From Candidatus Yanofskybacteria bacterium CG10_big_fil_rev_8_21_14_0_10_36_16 (GTDB lineage Bacteria; Patescibacteriota; Minisyncoccia; 2-02-FULL-40-12; IGHO2-01-FULL-4-A): 64,000 nt of DNA. Under the pieces are notes generated by a model, which searched no databases, was not told where the DNA came from, and was given only the letters and a program-made list of their open reading frames with translations. The DNA lies in NCBI GenBank assembly GCA_002794035.1, contig PCXQ01000005.1, positions 83,669-147,668 on the forward strand. Reading direction: 5' to 3'. This document shows, piece after piece, positions 19,277 to 28,585 of this stretch (the stretch's first letter is position 1; every line of letters starts with the position of its first letter). The position numbers and the translations under genes are program-made.

Positions 19277-19903
19277 TTATAAAGCATCGCCTATCTCCTT
19301 AAGGTATCTCGCTTCATCCCAAGAATCTGGCCATTTTCCTATTCTCTGGCCATCTTTTACAAATACCTTAGTATGTTGATAAGCCACACCAAACTCACGA
19401 GCGAGATCTTTCTCTTTGCTGTCCGTTTCATTATCATTGTAATTCACCCTAAACCCAACAACATCGTCCCCAGTTAGTTTACTAAAAGCAGAGTACATCT
19501 TAGGAATTTCTTTCTTACAAGTTGGGCACCAATTAGCGTAAAAATATAAAACAACTAATTTTTCAGACTCCAAAGCTTTTTCATAATCTGCTTGATTGAA
19601 ATTAATCACCGGCGATGAACTTCCTCCCAAAACCTCTCCTGAAAATTCAACTTCCGTCATTCCATCTTCGTTCACTATCATCTCATCTACCCCCTCATAA
19701 CCTGGAGCGGGCACTTCCAGAGTAGTACCATTATCACCCTCTTGCCCTGAGCCTGCTTGTGGTGAGGAACCCGAATCCGCCGAAGGGTCCCGCATCTCAC
19801 CATTATCTTGTATGGCACCATCCTGGCTATTGCCCATAAAATAGTAGACAGAACCTGCCACTGCCACAATCACTAAAACTAAAATTATAGCTTTGTTATT
19901 CAT
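19277..19903 (-). CDS. Membrane-anchored thioredoxin-family protein
   Basis: WCPTCK active site. N-terminal TM and a low-complexity linker. The track start is 19915 (MRVRM). MNNKAI at 19903 is the likely start. The first codons lie inside the repeat-element TIR. Confidence 0.65.
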   Translation of the reverse strand: MNNKAIILVLVIVAVAGSVYYFMGNSQDGAIQDNGEMRDPSADSGSSPQAGSGQEGDNGTTLEVPAPGYEGVDEMIVNEDGMTEVEFSGEVLGGSSSPVINFNQADYEKALESEKLVVLYFYANWCPTCKKEIPKMYSAFSKLTGDDVVGFRVNYNDNETDSKEKDLAREFGVAYQHTKVFVKDGQRIGKWPDSWDEARYLKEIGDAL

Positions 19904-20049
19904 CCTCACCCTCATTAAGAATAACTTATCGGCTGATCACAAGTTCAACCATCTAATTTATTCTTAAAAAATTAATTTATTAGTGTAATCCCCACTTTTG
20001 TTTTAAAAATCATTAAGACCAATTCTTAATGAGTGTGAGGATTCATAAT
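19901..20049. repeat. About 150-bp MITE-like element with terminal inverted repeats (copy 2)
   Basis: TCATCCTCACCCTCATTAAGAATAAC ... AATTCTTAATGAGTGTGAGGATTCATAAT. 24/26 and about 27/29 matches to the copy-1 ends. Shared subterminal CCCCACTTTTGTTTTAAAAAT. Confidence 0.5.
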
Positions 20050-20051
20050 AT

Positions 20052-20086
20052 ATGTTTCATCATAATTTAAGGTTATGATGAAACAT
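20052..20086. repeat. Perfect 14-bp inverted repeat with 7-nt spacer (ATGTTTCATCATAA-N7-TTATGATGAAACAT)
   Basis: Read directly. Immediately follows MITE-like copy 2. Confidence 0.6.
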
Positions 20087-20112
20087 TAACCTTTATATAC
20101 AGTCTTACAAAA

Positions 20113-20140
20113 ACACAATGTAAAGTCAACTTTACATTGT
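20113..20140. promoter_or_regulatory. 28-bp palindrome CACAATGTAAAGTCAACTTTACATTGTG downstream of the XRE cassette
   Basis: Perfect 13-bp arms. Shares the half-site ATGTAAAGTCAA with the palindrome upstream of the XRE gene at 20776-20798. Confidence 0.4.
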
Positions 20141-20178
20141 GGATATCTACGATTTATTTATTAAATTTTTAGCAATAT

Positions 20179-20544
20179 CTATTTTTTTACCCTTCCATAT
20201 ATAACTCCTGCAATTTTTGCTGTCATCATAACTGCCAACACCATAAGCATCCAGTCTGATAATTGATGGCGCAAACTTTCAACAATAATCCCAACGATAA
20301 CTATGGCAGCGCCGGCCAAAAAACCCATCCTATCAGCCATCATCCTCAACATAGACTCTCTTTCATCTTTTGTGTTTTCTCTGAACATGAAAGAAACAAA
20401 AATTCCAAACAACAACACAACTCCGGTCACAAGCATCATTTCAGTCTTTGAAGGCATCAAAAAATCCATTGGGTTAATAAGAACAACCAACAATACGATT
20501 ATTATAATCGCGGTAATTATTTCAGATAAAAAATCTTTAAGCAT
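20179..20544 (-). CDS. Small membrane protein co-transcribed with XRE regulator (DUF2178-like arrangement)
   Basis: Three TM helices. Overlaps the upstream XRE gene by 8 bp. Confidence 0.4.
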   Translation of the reverse strand: MLKDFLSEIITAIIIIVLLVVLINPMDFLMPSKTEMMLVTGVVLLFGIFVSFMFRENTKDERESMLRMMADRMGFLAGAAIVIVGIIVESLRHQLSDWMLMVLAVMMTAKIAGVIYGRVKK

Positions 20545-20746
20545 TTTTTAAGAAAAAAACATCCTCTAGTCTCTCTTTGAATACTTTGGAAATCTTCAAA
20601 GAAAGCAAAACTGAAGGAGTGTAATTCCCCTTTTCAATTGCAATTATAGTCTGACGTGTTACGCCGACTTTTTGAGCTAGTTCTTCTTGGGTCATCTTTT
20701 TTTCTAGCCTTAATTCATGCACTCTATTTTCTATTTTATCATTCAT
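20537..20746 (-). CDS. XRE-family helix-turn-helix transcriptional regulator
   Basis: [41 protein letters not shown] is a canonical HTH_XRE. Confidence 0.8.
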   Translation of the reverse strand: MNDKIENRVHELRLEKKMTQEELAQKVGVTRQTIIAIEKGNYTPSVLLSLKISKVFKERLEDVFFLKNA

Positions 20747-20775
20747 TATTATTATATTAATCCCCTTTTAATATA

Positions 20776-20798
20776 AATGTCAAATTGACTTTACATTT
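20776..20798. promoter_or_regulatory. Putative operator upstream of XRE gene (ATGTCAAATTGACTTTACAT)
   Basis: Contains the palindromic core GTCAAATTGAC and the half-site TTGACTTTACAT, which is the reverse complement of ATGTAAAGTCAA in the 20113-20140 palindrome. Confidence 0.35.
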
Positions 20799-20896
20799 TA
20801 TAATCAAAAAAAACCCGCCAAAATTTTGCTATACAAAACTTAAGCGGGCAAGCTTAACCCAACAAAAAAACACATTTAAAAACACGTTTTTGAAGG

Positions 20897-21229
20897 TTAT
20901 TTCTTTCTTTCAAAGAAGCTTAAAAGTCCAAAAAAACCGAAGAAGCCTAAAAATCCGGAACCAAAACTAGGAATTAAGCCTACCAGGCCAAAGAATCCCA
21001 AAAACCCTAATTTCCAAGTGTTGGCTGGAGCCCTTTTTTCTATAATAAGAATAATCTCATGAATAACCGCCATCGTAAAAGCCAACACGAATATTAACGC
21101 CAAGATAAAAAATACCGGCTCTTCAGTGCCGGAAAAAGCATAAACAGCATTATGCAACACAGCAGACAACACAGCTAATCCAAAAAGGGTATATATTTTT
21201 GTAACATGATCTAGTTTAATCTTAAACAT
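20897..21229 (-). CDS. Small membrane protein with GFLGFFG repeats, hypothetical
   Basis: Three TM helices. Confidence 0.3.
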   Translation of the reverse strand: MFKIKLDHVTKIYTLFGLAVLSAVLHNAVYAFSGTEEPVFFILALIFVLAFTMAVIHEIILIIEKRAPANTWKLGFLGFFGLVGLIPSFGSGFLGFFGFFGLLSFFERKK

Positions 21230-21345
21230 ATTTGAAATCTTATACTTATATTCTACTAGAAAACTTTAAAACTAAAAAGTGAACATTTCATGAAAAAACT
21301 CATATATAAAAACTCGGAATAAATTCCGAGTTTTAAAATTTAAAA

Positions 21346-24300
21346 TTAAAATATTGAAATAAATCGATTGAACGATTCGTCCGATATTCCCTTCGCGTGC
21401 AAATGAACTGATATTCTACCATTGTCTAAAAAAGAAAAAAGGCCAATTTTCATACCACTCGAAAGTGGATGAAAAGAATTGATACCCCACAAAGGTCTTG
21501 GTATTGATGCTACGGCTATAGACTTAGCGGAATTTACACTGACACTACCCAATGGTCCACTAGAAAATAAATGACCAGAATCAATACCTTTAAAAAATAA
21601 TGGATCATTTTTTTCTACGCAATCTAGCACTTTATCAAAGTGTACGGAATTTTTAACAAACCAATTAATTTTTTCAGAAATCTGATGAGAAACCTCATCC
21701 TGATCACTTTCTCTAGACAAATCTACAACAAACATAAAATGATCATTAGCTTGTGCAACTAAATTTCTCAGATAATTAAAGGAAAGCGCTGGATAATTTC
21801 TTCCTGGCGTTCCAATTCTCAATGGTATTTTGGAAAATCCAGTCCATTTGTGTAAGGCAATGGCATACTTAGCCAATAAATCATACACTGAAATATCGGC
21901 AGGTAGTAATTCTTTCAAAAAAGACTGGGTCATATTACCCTCACATTCAAAATTAGAAGATTTTTTAATTTTTGTTTTAATCTCATCTACCACAACATAG
22001 TATTCCTTAATTAGAACTTTTATGTAATTTAAAATTTCTTCTGGATAATAAATTGATTCCAAGTCTTGATTTAAGTCCTCCGAGGTAAATAATTTTTTAG
22101 GCAACAATGCATCGTTTTTTTGACTAAAAGATTCATACAATCTTATTAACTCAGAGGCCAGCAAATCCCCGCTAACCAAATCTACCAAAAGGTGGCTAAG
22201 TTGCCAAACAAAATCATAAGAATTATGGCCCCTCTTAATGAGGACCCATCTAAACATTGGGTATTTACCTATTTCAAATGGTAAAAAAGCCAGTTGGCTC
22301 GTAGCATAACCTGAATTAATATCCAAATCTAAATCAGATAAATCCATATACGGTATTCTGGTACTAATAAGATCGAAAAAATTCACAACAATCTTACCTT
22401 CTTTAATCAACAAAGAAGATCTTAAAGCATCATGCCTGCTAATCAAAACACGAAGTGCTTGAGATAATGCTATTTCATCAACCTCCTCATTGAATCTAAT
22501 CTGAACATATGTATGGTCAAACTGTGCCTTGTTGATTTTTTTTATTCTTCTTTTTTGACTGATTGTTAAATCTGCAATTTTAGACCCCCTTAAGTTATCA
22601 GTTTTTAAATAATTTGAACTAAAAATAATTTCCCGTATATCGCTAATGGGAAATGCTCCACAAACAATATTGTCCCTCTGATAATAATAGCAAGTAAAAT
22701 TATCATTCTCTGCATCAATTAATTTAACCGTTTGTCCTATGGTTACATCAGAAGATATTGAAGGAATTCTAACACCAAACAGTTCTTCAATTCTAAAAAG
22801 CATATCTATGAAATTAAGAGAATCTCCACCAGCATCCGAAAAAGAAGTATTACTATCAATTTCATGAATACCGAGTATGTCTTTCCAGATATTGGCAATC
22901 TTAACACTAGTTGTCGCTTCGCTGTCATTAATTCTAAGCGGTGTGTTCTCTGTTTTAATCCATACAGAGCTTGCTATTTTTTTACGATCTATTTTCTCCG
23001 AAACCAAAACTGGGATTTTTGTTTCTATGAACATTTTGGGAATAAGATAATCTGGTACTTTATACTCCAAAAACTTTTTTAAATCCCCAATAGATACGTC
23101 GTCTTCTTTTTCAATTAAACAAATTAAAAAATCAGATCCATTGTGTACAGCTTTAAAAGCAACCGCTCTAATTATGCCGGAGTACATAAGAACAAATTTT
23201 TCTACTTCTTCTGGGTCTATCCGTAAGCCATTAATTTTAAACATAAGGTCATAACGACCACAAACAATCAAGTCACCGTTTCCATCTATAAAACCGCTGT
23301 CACCAGTTTTAAACAAATTATCCTTACCCAACAAACGAGGCCCAACAACTACGCCTTTCTTAATATAACCAGAAAAAAGGCCTTGCCCACCAACAAACAC
23401 AGCCCCTTCTTCGCTTTGTGAGCACTCACTTTTTTTATTTTTTTTATCAACAGATAGAATCTTAACCACATTTCCAGGAGTAGCCTTGCCCACAGGCAAA
23501 AAAGCGTTGTCTGAAAAATGTTCATCGCCTCGAACTTCATAAGAAGAAAAGGAGAAAGCCTCTGTTAATCCATAGGTGTTAAAAATTCTAACGGATTTAA
23601 AATGTTTTTTAAATTCTAAAACCGATCTACAATCAGCAGGCTCGCCCGACAATATAACAGCTTTTAAACTGCTAAACATATCTGGCTCTCTTATTGCTAC
23701 ACCAGACAATCTTCTAAACAAAGACGGAACCAGTTTCAAGCATGTTATTTTATACTCTTCAAAAAAGCGGCTTAACTTATTTAGATCAGACAACCATTGA
23801 AAATCAGGAATTATAACGGTCCCACCCCTTAAAAGAGGTACGAATATTGTAGTCATCGACAAAGAGAAAGATAAGGATGACAAGAGTACCATTCTTTCTC
23901 TTTTATTCCCAAGGGTGTTAAGCCAGGTTTTTACATGATTTAATATAACACCGTGTGACAAAGCCACAGCCTTTGGTTTACCCGTTGAACCAGAAGTAAA
24001 TATAACCGTTGCGATAGTACCCTCATCGTTACTTGCCTTGGGTTTTACTACCGCATCATTAATCAAACCGTTTTTGTTAATTACTATTATTCTAGTTTTT
24101 TTAACAATTTCACTACTATTTAATTTGCTATAACCATCTTCATCTGTAATTATCACTTTACAACCAGTGTGTCTTATTACCTGCCTTAATCTGTTTGATG
24201 GAATGCTCGTGCTAACAGGTACATACCCCCTGCCAACACCTAGACAACCAAACATTGTTGCTATGTATTCAGGACATTCTCTCATATATATAGCTACTAA

Positions 24301-24459
24301 ATTGTTATCATTTGCTTCAGATAATTCTTTCCCTATTACACAAGACATGTGCCATAATTCTCTATAACTTATATTTTTTGATCCATGAATAATAGCTAAA
24401 TCATTAGGGTATTTATTAGCGATTGACTCAAATACTGAGTAAACATCTTCGGGGTTCAT
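21346..24459 (-). CDS. NRPS-like tridomain protein: adenylation (AMP-binding) - thiolation (PCP) - condensation-like domain
   Basis: A-domain cores IFTSGSTGKPKAV (A3), YGLTEA (A7), GDSGFIDGNGDLIVCGRYDLMFKINGLRIDPEEVE (A8), PKMFIET..DRKK (A10). PCP motif DAGGDSLNFIDM. C-terminal about 450 aa with a SHLLVDLVSG variant of the HHxxxDG condensation motif. RBS AAGGAG upstream. Confidence 0.75.
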   Translation of the reverse strand: MNPEDVYSVFESIANKYPNDLAIIHGSKNISYRELWHMSCVIGKELSEANDNNLVAIYMRECPEYIATMFGCLGVGRGYVPVSTSIPSNRLRQVIRHTGCKVIITDEDGYSKLNSSEIVKKTRIIVINKNGLINDAVVKPKASNDEGTIATVIFTSGSTGKPKAVALSHGVILNHVKTWLNTLGNKRERMVLLSSLSFSLSMTTIFVPLLRGGTVIIPDFQWLSDLNKLSRFFEEYKITCLKLVPSLFRRLSGVAIREPDMFSSLKAVILSGEPADCRSVLEFKKHFKSVRIFNTYGLTEAFSFSSYEVRGDEHFSDNAFLPVGKATPGNVVKILSVDKKNKKSECSQSEEGAVFVGGQGLFSGYIKKGVVVGPRLLGKDNLFKTGDSGFIDGNGDLIVCGRYDLMFKINGLRIDPEEVEKFVLMYSGIIRAVAFKAVHNGSDFLICLIEKEDDVSIGDLKKFLEYKVPDYLIPKMFIETKIPVLVSEKIDRKKIASSVWIKTENTPLRINDSEATTSVKIANIWKDILGIHEIDSNTSFSDAGGDSLNFIDMLFRIEELFGVRIPSISSDVTIGQTVKLIDAENDNFTCYYYQRDNIVCGAFPISDIREIIFSSNYLKTDNLRGSKIADLTISQKRRIKKINKAQFDHTYVQIRFNEEVDEIALSQALRVLISRHDALRSSLLIKEGKIVVNFFDLISTRIPYMDLSDLDLDINSGYATSQLAFLPFEIGKYPMFRWVLIKRGHNSYDFVWQLSHLLVDLVSGDLLASELIRLYESFSQKNDALLPKKLFTSEDLNQDLESIYYPEEILNYIKVLIKEYYVVVDEIKTKIKKSSNFECEGNMTQSFLKELLPADISVYDLLAKYAIALHKWTGFSKIPLRIGTPGRNYPALSFNYLRNLVAQANDHFMFVVDLSRESDQDEVSHQISEKINWFVKNSVHFDKVLDCVEKNDPLFFKGIDSGHLFSSGPLGSVSVNSAKSIAVASIPRPLWGINSFHPLSSGMKIGLFSFLDNGRISVHLHAKGISDESFNRFISIF

Positions 24460-24606
24460 CTTTGTCTCCTTTTTATTTTTAAAACAACTTGCAAATACAA
24501 GACAATGTTTGCATTCAAAATAAATACCATATTATATAACATAAGTCAATAAAACGGAAACCGTATAACACTCGGCAAAAAAACCCTCCTTACTTTAAAA
24601 ACAAAG

Positions 24607-25186
24607 TCAATCAATAAAAAGACCGCCTGAATAAAATTTATCAGACGGCAGAAAATTAGCATACAAGCGAACTAAACGCGCCCTAATAATAAGTCGCCGG
24701 TCACGTGAGAAAGGCGGATGACAGGTAAAAATAGTCAGAATAGAAACATTCCTATTAGTCGTATATATAATGTTATATCCTTTCACTGGGTCTACATCAA
24801 ACATGTCATAAACCCGATAACTGATAATAGCCCCGTCATTTCGTTTAATTACTATCTCGTCACCTATGTTCAAATCTTCAGCTCTAAAAAAACGCTTATC
24901 TTTCAAAACTCGGTGAACCGCAAGCACTGAATTACCGGATTCTCCAAACTTGGGAGTGCCGGCCCAATGTGCCATCCCTCTCATGTCTATAATTGACTGA
25001 TCAACCCCCTCTCTTATTGTTCCTCTAAAATTTATAGAAGAAATAGTAACCACACCCAAAACATCCCCGGATTTTTGTGTAGGATCTGATATTTTAAGTT
25101 GCCCATAACTTCTTAACGGCATTAAAAAAAACAGAATCATTGTTTGCAACAAAAATATATCCACCAACAAAACAAATTTATTTTTC
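24607..25186 (-). CDS. Sortase-family transpeptidase
   Basis: Catalytic His (LAVHRV) and TIFTCHP (TLxTC-type) Cys motif. Track start is 25239. A TTG start preceded by GGGAGG, giving MKNKFVLLVDIFLL (signal/TM), is more plausible. A -35 TTGACT box overlaps the track start. Confidence 0.6.
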
Positions 25187-25437
25187 AAAGTACACCTCCC
25201 TAATCTTATATTTATTAGACTATCCCATTTTTTAAACAATAAGTCAATAAAAATACCCTCCTCTAAAAATCAACTGCTAAGCAACCAACAGCCCACCAAT
25301 ACAGGGTTAAGAGTTTTTCAAATTTCTAGCACATTCGCACTGCACGTTCGGCCTGCCAACCTCAGTATTCATTCACTCTCATTCACTCACTCTACTCAGT
25401 ACTTCCTCGCTCAACGCTCGGTCGCTCCTAAAATCAA

Positions 25438-25466
25438 ATGGTCCCGCCTAGGCGGGACCATTTTTA
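25438..25466 (-). terminator. Intrinsic terminator
   Basis: GGTCCCGCCTAGGCGGGACC hairpin with flanking T-run on the minus strand. Confidence 0.55.
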
Positions 25467-25484
25467 AAAATGTTAATTATATTA

Positions 25485-25700
25485 TTATAATTTTTCTATC
25501 TCCTTTAAATCCTTATCTGGTAGCCACAGAATAAACAGTCCAAGAACAATGCCGCCTATGGCAGTCCAGGCGTGACCACCGTTAAAAAGCCAAACATCTA
25601 TCCAATCAAGCACATACCAAATACCACGCCAAATTAAGACAAGGCCTAAAACTATTGATATGTTTCGTGAAAGAGTTCGTAATGTTATTTTATTTTTCAT
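25485..25700 (-). CDS. Small two-TM membrane protein, hypothetical
   Basis: 71 aa, hydrophobic. Confidence 0.3.
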   Translation of the reverse strand: MKNKITLRTLSRNISIVLGLVLIWRGIWYVLDWIDVWLFNGGHAWTAIGGIVLGLFILWLPDKDLKEIEKL

Positions 25701-25797
25701 ACAAATATTTTATCACACAAAATTTAGTATATCCTGCCCCCTACGAATTTTTTAATTAATTATCCTTATAATTTATTAATAAAATTAAAATTATTTT

Positions 25798-26754
25798 CTA
25801 CTCCGCTAAACCATTGAGAATTTTTTGAACTGCCTTTATGCTGTCCATATCATAAATAGAAATGGCCAGAACTTTTTTGTTCACTTTTTTTAAAATTTTA
25901 ATCTTTTTTTCAAGCTCCTCTGGTGAAACCTCGTCGCTTTTACTTATGAAAAGGTGTTCCGGTTTTTTAAGAAGTTCTTCACTATATTCTCCGAGCTCTT
26001 TTCTGATTGTTTTGTAATCCAACATTAAATCTTCAGATTGAGCCGAAACAAAATGGAATAATATTTTCGTTCGCTCAATATGCCTTAAAAATTTAATGCC
26101 AAGTCCTTTACCAGAAGATGCTCCTTCAATAAGACCCGGAATATCTGCAAGCATCATCCCATAATACACTCCCAGATTGGGTTCAAGTGTAGTGAATTGA
26201 TAATTAGCAACCTTGCTTTTTGCATTAGTTAATTCGTTCAACAAACTAGATTTACCCACATTGGGCAAGCCAACAAACCCAATATCTGCAATGAGCTTAA
26301 GCTCTAAACGCAATGTAAATTTTTCCCCCGGCAAACCTTCTTGAAATCTAGTAGGGCTTGTATTGTGTGGCCCTCGAAAAAGAAAATTACCTTTTCCGCC
26401 ATGACCGCCTTTTGCCACTAAAACACGTTGGTCAACTTTTGTAATTTCTTCATCTACACCCGTATCAAGATTATGTATAACCGTTCCAACTGGCACCTTT
26501 ATTATTAAATCATCTCCTTTGTTGCCATCGTTATATTGAGCCTTGCCGTTTTGGCCATCAGCCGCTTTGAGTTCTTTTTTAAAGCGCATCTGATTAAGCA
26601 AATCCAAATTGGAAGCACCGTCGAGGTACACACTTCCGCCGTTACCACCTCTGCCACCGGTTGGTCCAAGACTCATCTTGTTTGAATTAAAAGCAACCTT
26701 GCCACGACCTCCGTTGCCGGCGATTACCTCAATTGTAACGTCATCAATAAGCAT
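25798..26754 (-). CDS. obg: GTPase Obg
   Basis: Gly-rich Obg fold N-terminus (GGRGGNGGSVY). G domain GLPNVGKSSLLN, DIPGLIEGA. Confidence 0.85.
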   Translation of the reverse strand: MLIDDVTIEVIAGNGGRGKVAFNSNKMSLGPTGGRGGNGGSVYLDGASNLDLLNQMRFKKELKAADGQNGKAQYNDGNKGDDLIIKVPVGTVIHNLDTGVDEEITKVDQRVLVAKGGHGGKGNFLFRGPHNTSPTRFQEGLPGEKFTLRLELKLIADIGFVGLPNVGKSSLLNELTNAKSKVANYQFTTLEPNLGVYYGMMLADIPGLIEGASSGKGLGIKFLRHIERTKILFHFVSAQSEDLMLDYKTIRKELGEYSEELLKKPEHLFISKSDEVSPEELEKKIKILKKVNKKVLAISIYDMDSIKAVQKILNGLAE

Positions 26755-26769
26755 CGAAAATTATAATTA

Positions 26770-27963
26770 TTATACAAATGTTAGAGCTATTCCTTTTTTA
26801 TTAGCTCTTCCAGTTCTGCCGATTCTATGAATATAATCATCATAGCTCTCTGGAATCTCATAATTTATTACATGAGTAATGTTTGATATATCTAATCCGC
26901 GAGCGACCACATCCGTAGCAACCAAAATTTGAAGCTGGTTATTTCTGAAAAGATTGAGGGCATTTTGCCTCTGAGATTGATTTTTGTTCCCGTGAATAGA
27001 TCTAGCCTTAAATCCCCTGTCAGACAAATCTCTAGAGAGTCTTTCAACGCCTTGTTTAGTTCTTCCAAAAATTAAAACCTTACTAAACTCCGGCTTAATA
27101 AGCATATCGTGAAGCACCTCTATTTTCGCCTTACCCCCTGTTTTTATTACATCCTGATCAACATTTTCAGCTGTCTCCCTAGTTTTTACAGAAATAATAA
27201 CTGGGTTGCGCAAAAACTCGTCGATCATTTTATAAATCTCCTTAGAAATAGTAGCAGAAAAGAAAAGCGAATGACGCATTTTCGGCAAACCAAGCATTAA
27301 AAATTTTACATCTCTTATAAAGCCCATATCAAACATCCTATCTACTTCATCCAGAACAACAGAATTAAATTCTTCTAAACGAATAACTTTCCTTTGAATA
27401 AGATCTTTTAATCTTCCGGGCGTTCCAATAACAAAATTATGATTCCTTCTTAGTTTGGCGATCTGCTGACCGATGTTCGCCCCACCAACACAACACACCG
27501 AATATGTTTGCATTCTCAATGCCAGACTTCTAAGCTCATCGTCAATTTGTATTGCCAGTTCCCTAGTGGGTACAACAATCAAGACTTTCTCTTTTGGATT
27601 TTTTAATATTTTTTGAAACAAAGGAATCAAAAATGCTCCAGTTTTTCCGGTTCCAGTATTAGCAACTCCAACGACATCTGCCCCCTTCAAAACATGAGGA
27701 ATGACTTTGTCTTGAATTGGCGTTGGAGATAAATAGCCCCTTAAAGAAATGTTATCCTTCAATATCTGCTCAATAGCAAAATCATTGAACGAATGTTCAG
27801 AAACAAATTGTTCATTAGGTTCCAAAGGCTTGACCTTATTAATGAAGCGCGCGATATTTATGTTAGATTTTTTACGGACTCTTTTAAAAGGAGTTCGAAA
27901 AGAAGACCGCTTTCGAAAACCAGAATTAGCTTTCGGCTGTCTAGAAAAATTACGTAATGTCAT
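26770..27963 (-). CDS. DEAD-box ATP-dependent RNA helicase
   Basis: Q motif, ANTGTGKT, PTRELA, DEVD, SAT, HRIGRTGR. Confidence 0.85.
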   Translation of the reverse strand: MTLRNFSRQPKANSGFRKRSSFRTPFKRVRKKSNINIARFINKVKPLEPNEQFVSEHSFNDFAIEQILKDNISLRGYLSPTPIQDKVIPHVLKGADVVGVANTGTGKTGAFLIPLFQKILKNPKEKVLIVVPTRELAIQIDDELRSLALRMQTYSVCCVGGANIGQQIAKLRRNHNFVIGTPGRLKDLIQRKVIRLEEFNSVVLDEVDRMFDMGFIRDVKFLMLGLPKMRHSLFFSATISKEIYKMIDEFLRNPVIISVKTRETAENVDQDVIKTGGKAKIEVLHDMLIKPEFSKVLIFGRTKQGVERLSRDLSDRGFKARSIHGNKNQSQRQNALNLFRNNQLQILVATDVVARGLDISNITHVINYEIPESYDDYIHRIGRTGRANKKGIALTFV

Positions 27964-27980
27964 ATTGTTTTATTTAAAAA

Positions 27981-28007
27981 CCCCTTCGCGCGAAGGGGTT
28001 TTCATAA
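27981..28007 (-). terminator. Intrinsic terminator
   Basis: AAAACCCCTTCGCGCGAAGGGGTTTT. Confidence 0.5.
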
Positions 28008-28183
28008 AGCACCAGCGAGAAGATTGGTTAATATCTATATATTATCTTAATACTATTCTATATCGGTCCATTTGTCAATAGGATAACTTTTAAAAAATAT
28101 GACGTACCTCGTGTAGAGCTGCCGGCATTGGGACAAGTCAGAACCCTTTCTTATCAAACAAAGCTATACATAGAGTCAATTTT

Positions 28184-28579
28184 TTAATTGAAATCAATAG
28201 AAAAATTATACATTCCCATACTACAAAGTCCTTTTATTGATTGTCCTGCTTTGGGCATTCCTAAATCAATAATCTCTTCTCCGGTTGGGGCTAATATTTT
28301 TTGAAAACCAACTGAACGAATTACAAGCGATGATGAACAATCATAAGTGCTGTCTGTTTTAACGATAAGTTTTGTGGGAATTCCGGCTTTTGCCGTAGAT
28401 ACCCTTGGCGAATATCCTCCTTTCGCATTTACTGTAATGTATTGAACTCCGTCTATTATCTCATTGTTCTGAACAGTGTCGCTTGTCGCGCTGTTTTCTG
28501 ATTTTGAACCACCAAGAAAAATAATGCCAATGCTTATGACAAGTGCGGTCGTAATAATAATTGAGGCTATTTTATTCAT
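28184..28579 (-). CDS. Small secreted cupredoxin-like domain protein, putative copper-binding (Cupredoxin_1-like)
   Basis: Signal peptide and an approximately 100-aa beta domain with C and M residues (DCSSS ... CSMGMY). Last gene of the csoR-copA operon. Confidence 0.45.
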   Translation of the reverse strand: MNKIASIIITTALVISIGIIFLGGSKSENSATSDTVQNNEIIDGVQYITVNAKGGYSPRVSTAKAGIPTKLIVKTDSTYDCSSSLVIRSVGFQKILAPTGEEIIDLGMPKAGQSIKGLCSMGMYNFSIDFN

Positions 28580-28585
28580 AAATGA

